This document shows, piece after piece, positions 63,081 to 64,000 of a stretch of DNA of 64,000 bases (within the stretch, counting starts at the first letter, position 1; each line of letters starts with the position of its first letter). Below the pieces are notes generated by a model. It was not told where the DNA came from, did no database searches, and saw nothing but the letters and a program-made list of their open reading frames with translations. This DNA comes from Octopus vulgaris. Its lineage: Eukaryota. The position numbers were made by a program, and so were the translations under genes. The stretch is taken from assembly GCA_951406725.2 (NCBI GenBank), contig OX597823.1, positions 48,236,001-48,300,000 on the forward strand. The letters are read 5' to 3'.

Positions 63081-63469
63081 TATAGTCCATGCTACAAATC
63101 AATTTTGGGGTTACAACTCCTAAAGAGAAAATATGGGCTTCAAAACAATGGTTCTTCATTTCAAGCTAGTTTTGTCTCAGCTTCAATTGACTAAGAACAA
63201 TGCATGCTCTCTCCTGACATAGGTTCCCTGCTGCAGACTAATGGCAAAACTGAAGAATTGACACTTTCAGAAGAGCAAGCAGTGGAGGAGGTTACAAGGG
63301 TGGGGGTGGGAGGATGGTGTGGTGTTGCGTGGTGTGGGGTGGGGTGGAGTGGAGTGGGGATGGAAAGAAAGAGGTAAGTTGAGAGGCCTACTGATTACTG
63401 TAAAAGTTGATGGAAGAGGAGAAAGATGAGACAGTAATAAAAGTGGTGATTTTCAATAGCACCAGAAGT

Positions 63470-63549
63470 TGTGGTGGTGATGGTGGTGGCGGTGGTGGTG
63501 GTGGTGATAGCGCCGACAACATCAGCAGTGGCGGTGGCATTGTTGGTGT

Positions 63550-63581
<32 letters not shown>

Positions 63582-63684
63582 ATGATGATTATGATGATGA
63601 TTATGATGGTGGTTGTGATGGTTTTGGTTTTGGTACTGGGGTGCTTGTGGCGATGATGATGATGGTGTTGGTGATGGTGGTGGT

Positions 63685-63717
<33 letters not shown>

Positions 63718-63805
63718 GGTGCTGGTGCTGGTACTGGTGGTGATGATGATGGTGTTGATTTAAAGAAAGGAATGGTGGTGGTTGTGGTGGTGGTGGTGGT
63801 GGGGT
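63470..63805. repeat. (GGT)n/(GAT)n microsatellite
   Basis: Direct inspection. Confidence 0.9.
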
Positions 63806-64000
63806 GAGGGAACTCCCACTGCTGCTTTATTTGCTGAACTTTATCAAGATACTGTTTAGCTGTGCAAAGGAGTAATTGATTATGATAATGATATCAGAAG
63901 AGAAACGGCCAAAACAAGAAAGCACTACAGAAACTAGAAAGTACACGTGCACACACGCACACACACACACACAACACAACACACACAATACATAAACACA

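Noticed and set aside
63180-63300. Candidate host exon (GSLLQTNGKTEELTLSEEQAVEEV)
   Set aside because: Weak splice signals and no recognisable homology; cannot be supported without transcripts

Overview
AT-rich, repeat-saturated eukaryotic non-coding DNA with no supportable host gene. The tRNA-derived SINE families and the extreme (TA)n/(TACA)n/(CA)n density resemble octopus (cephalopod) genomes; that assignment is inference. Almost all ORF-track entries are microsatellite artefacts. Real content: three tRNA-derived SINE families, many RTE LINE 3' ends (one with a higher-order ~61-bp minisatellite), an R4/Dong-like RLE element sitting in (TACA)n, mariner and piggyBac-type MITEs, two Helitrons and a Gypsy LTR remnant. 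The Penelope-like element (PLE) system is the most striking part. It includes a near full-length decayed Naiad-type RT/GIY-YIG element nested in the (TA)n tract of a second PLE with ~1.8-kb inverted arms (36.2-44.5 kb), plus a third RT fragment. At least 6-8 unrelated non-coding PLE-terminus-like inserts carry type I hammerhead ribozyme motifs: one with an intact core at 8124-8199 (-), one near-intact at 56277-56339 (-), and several folded back into long hairpins.
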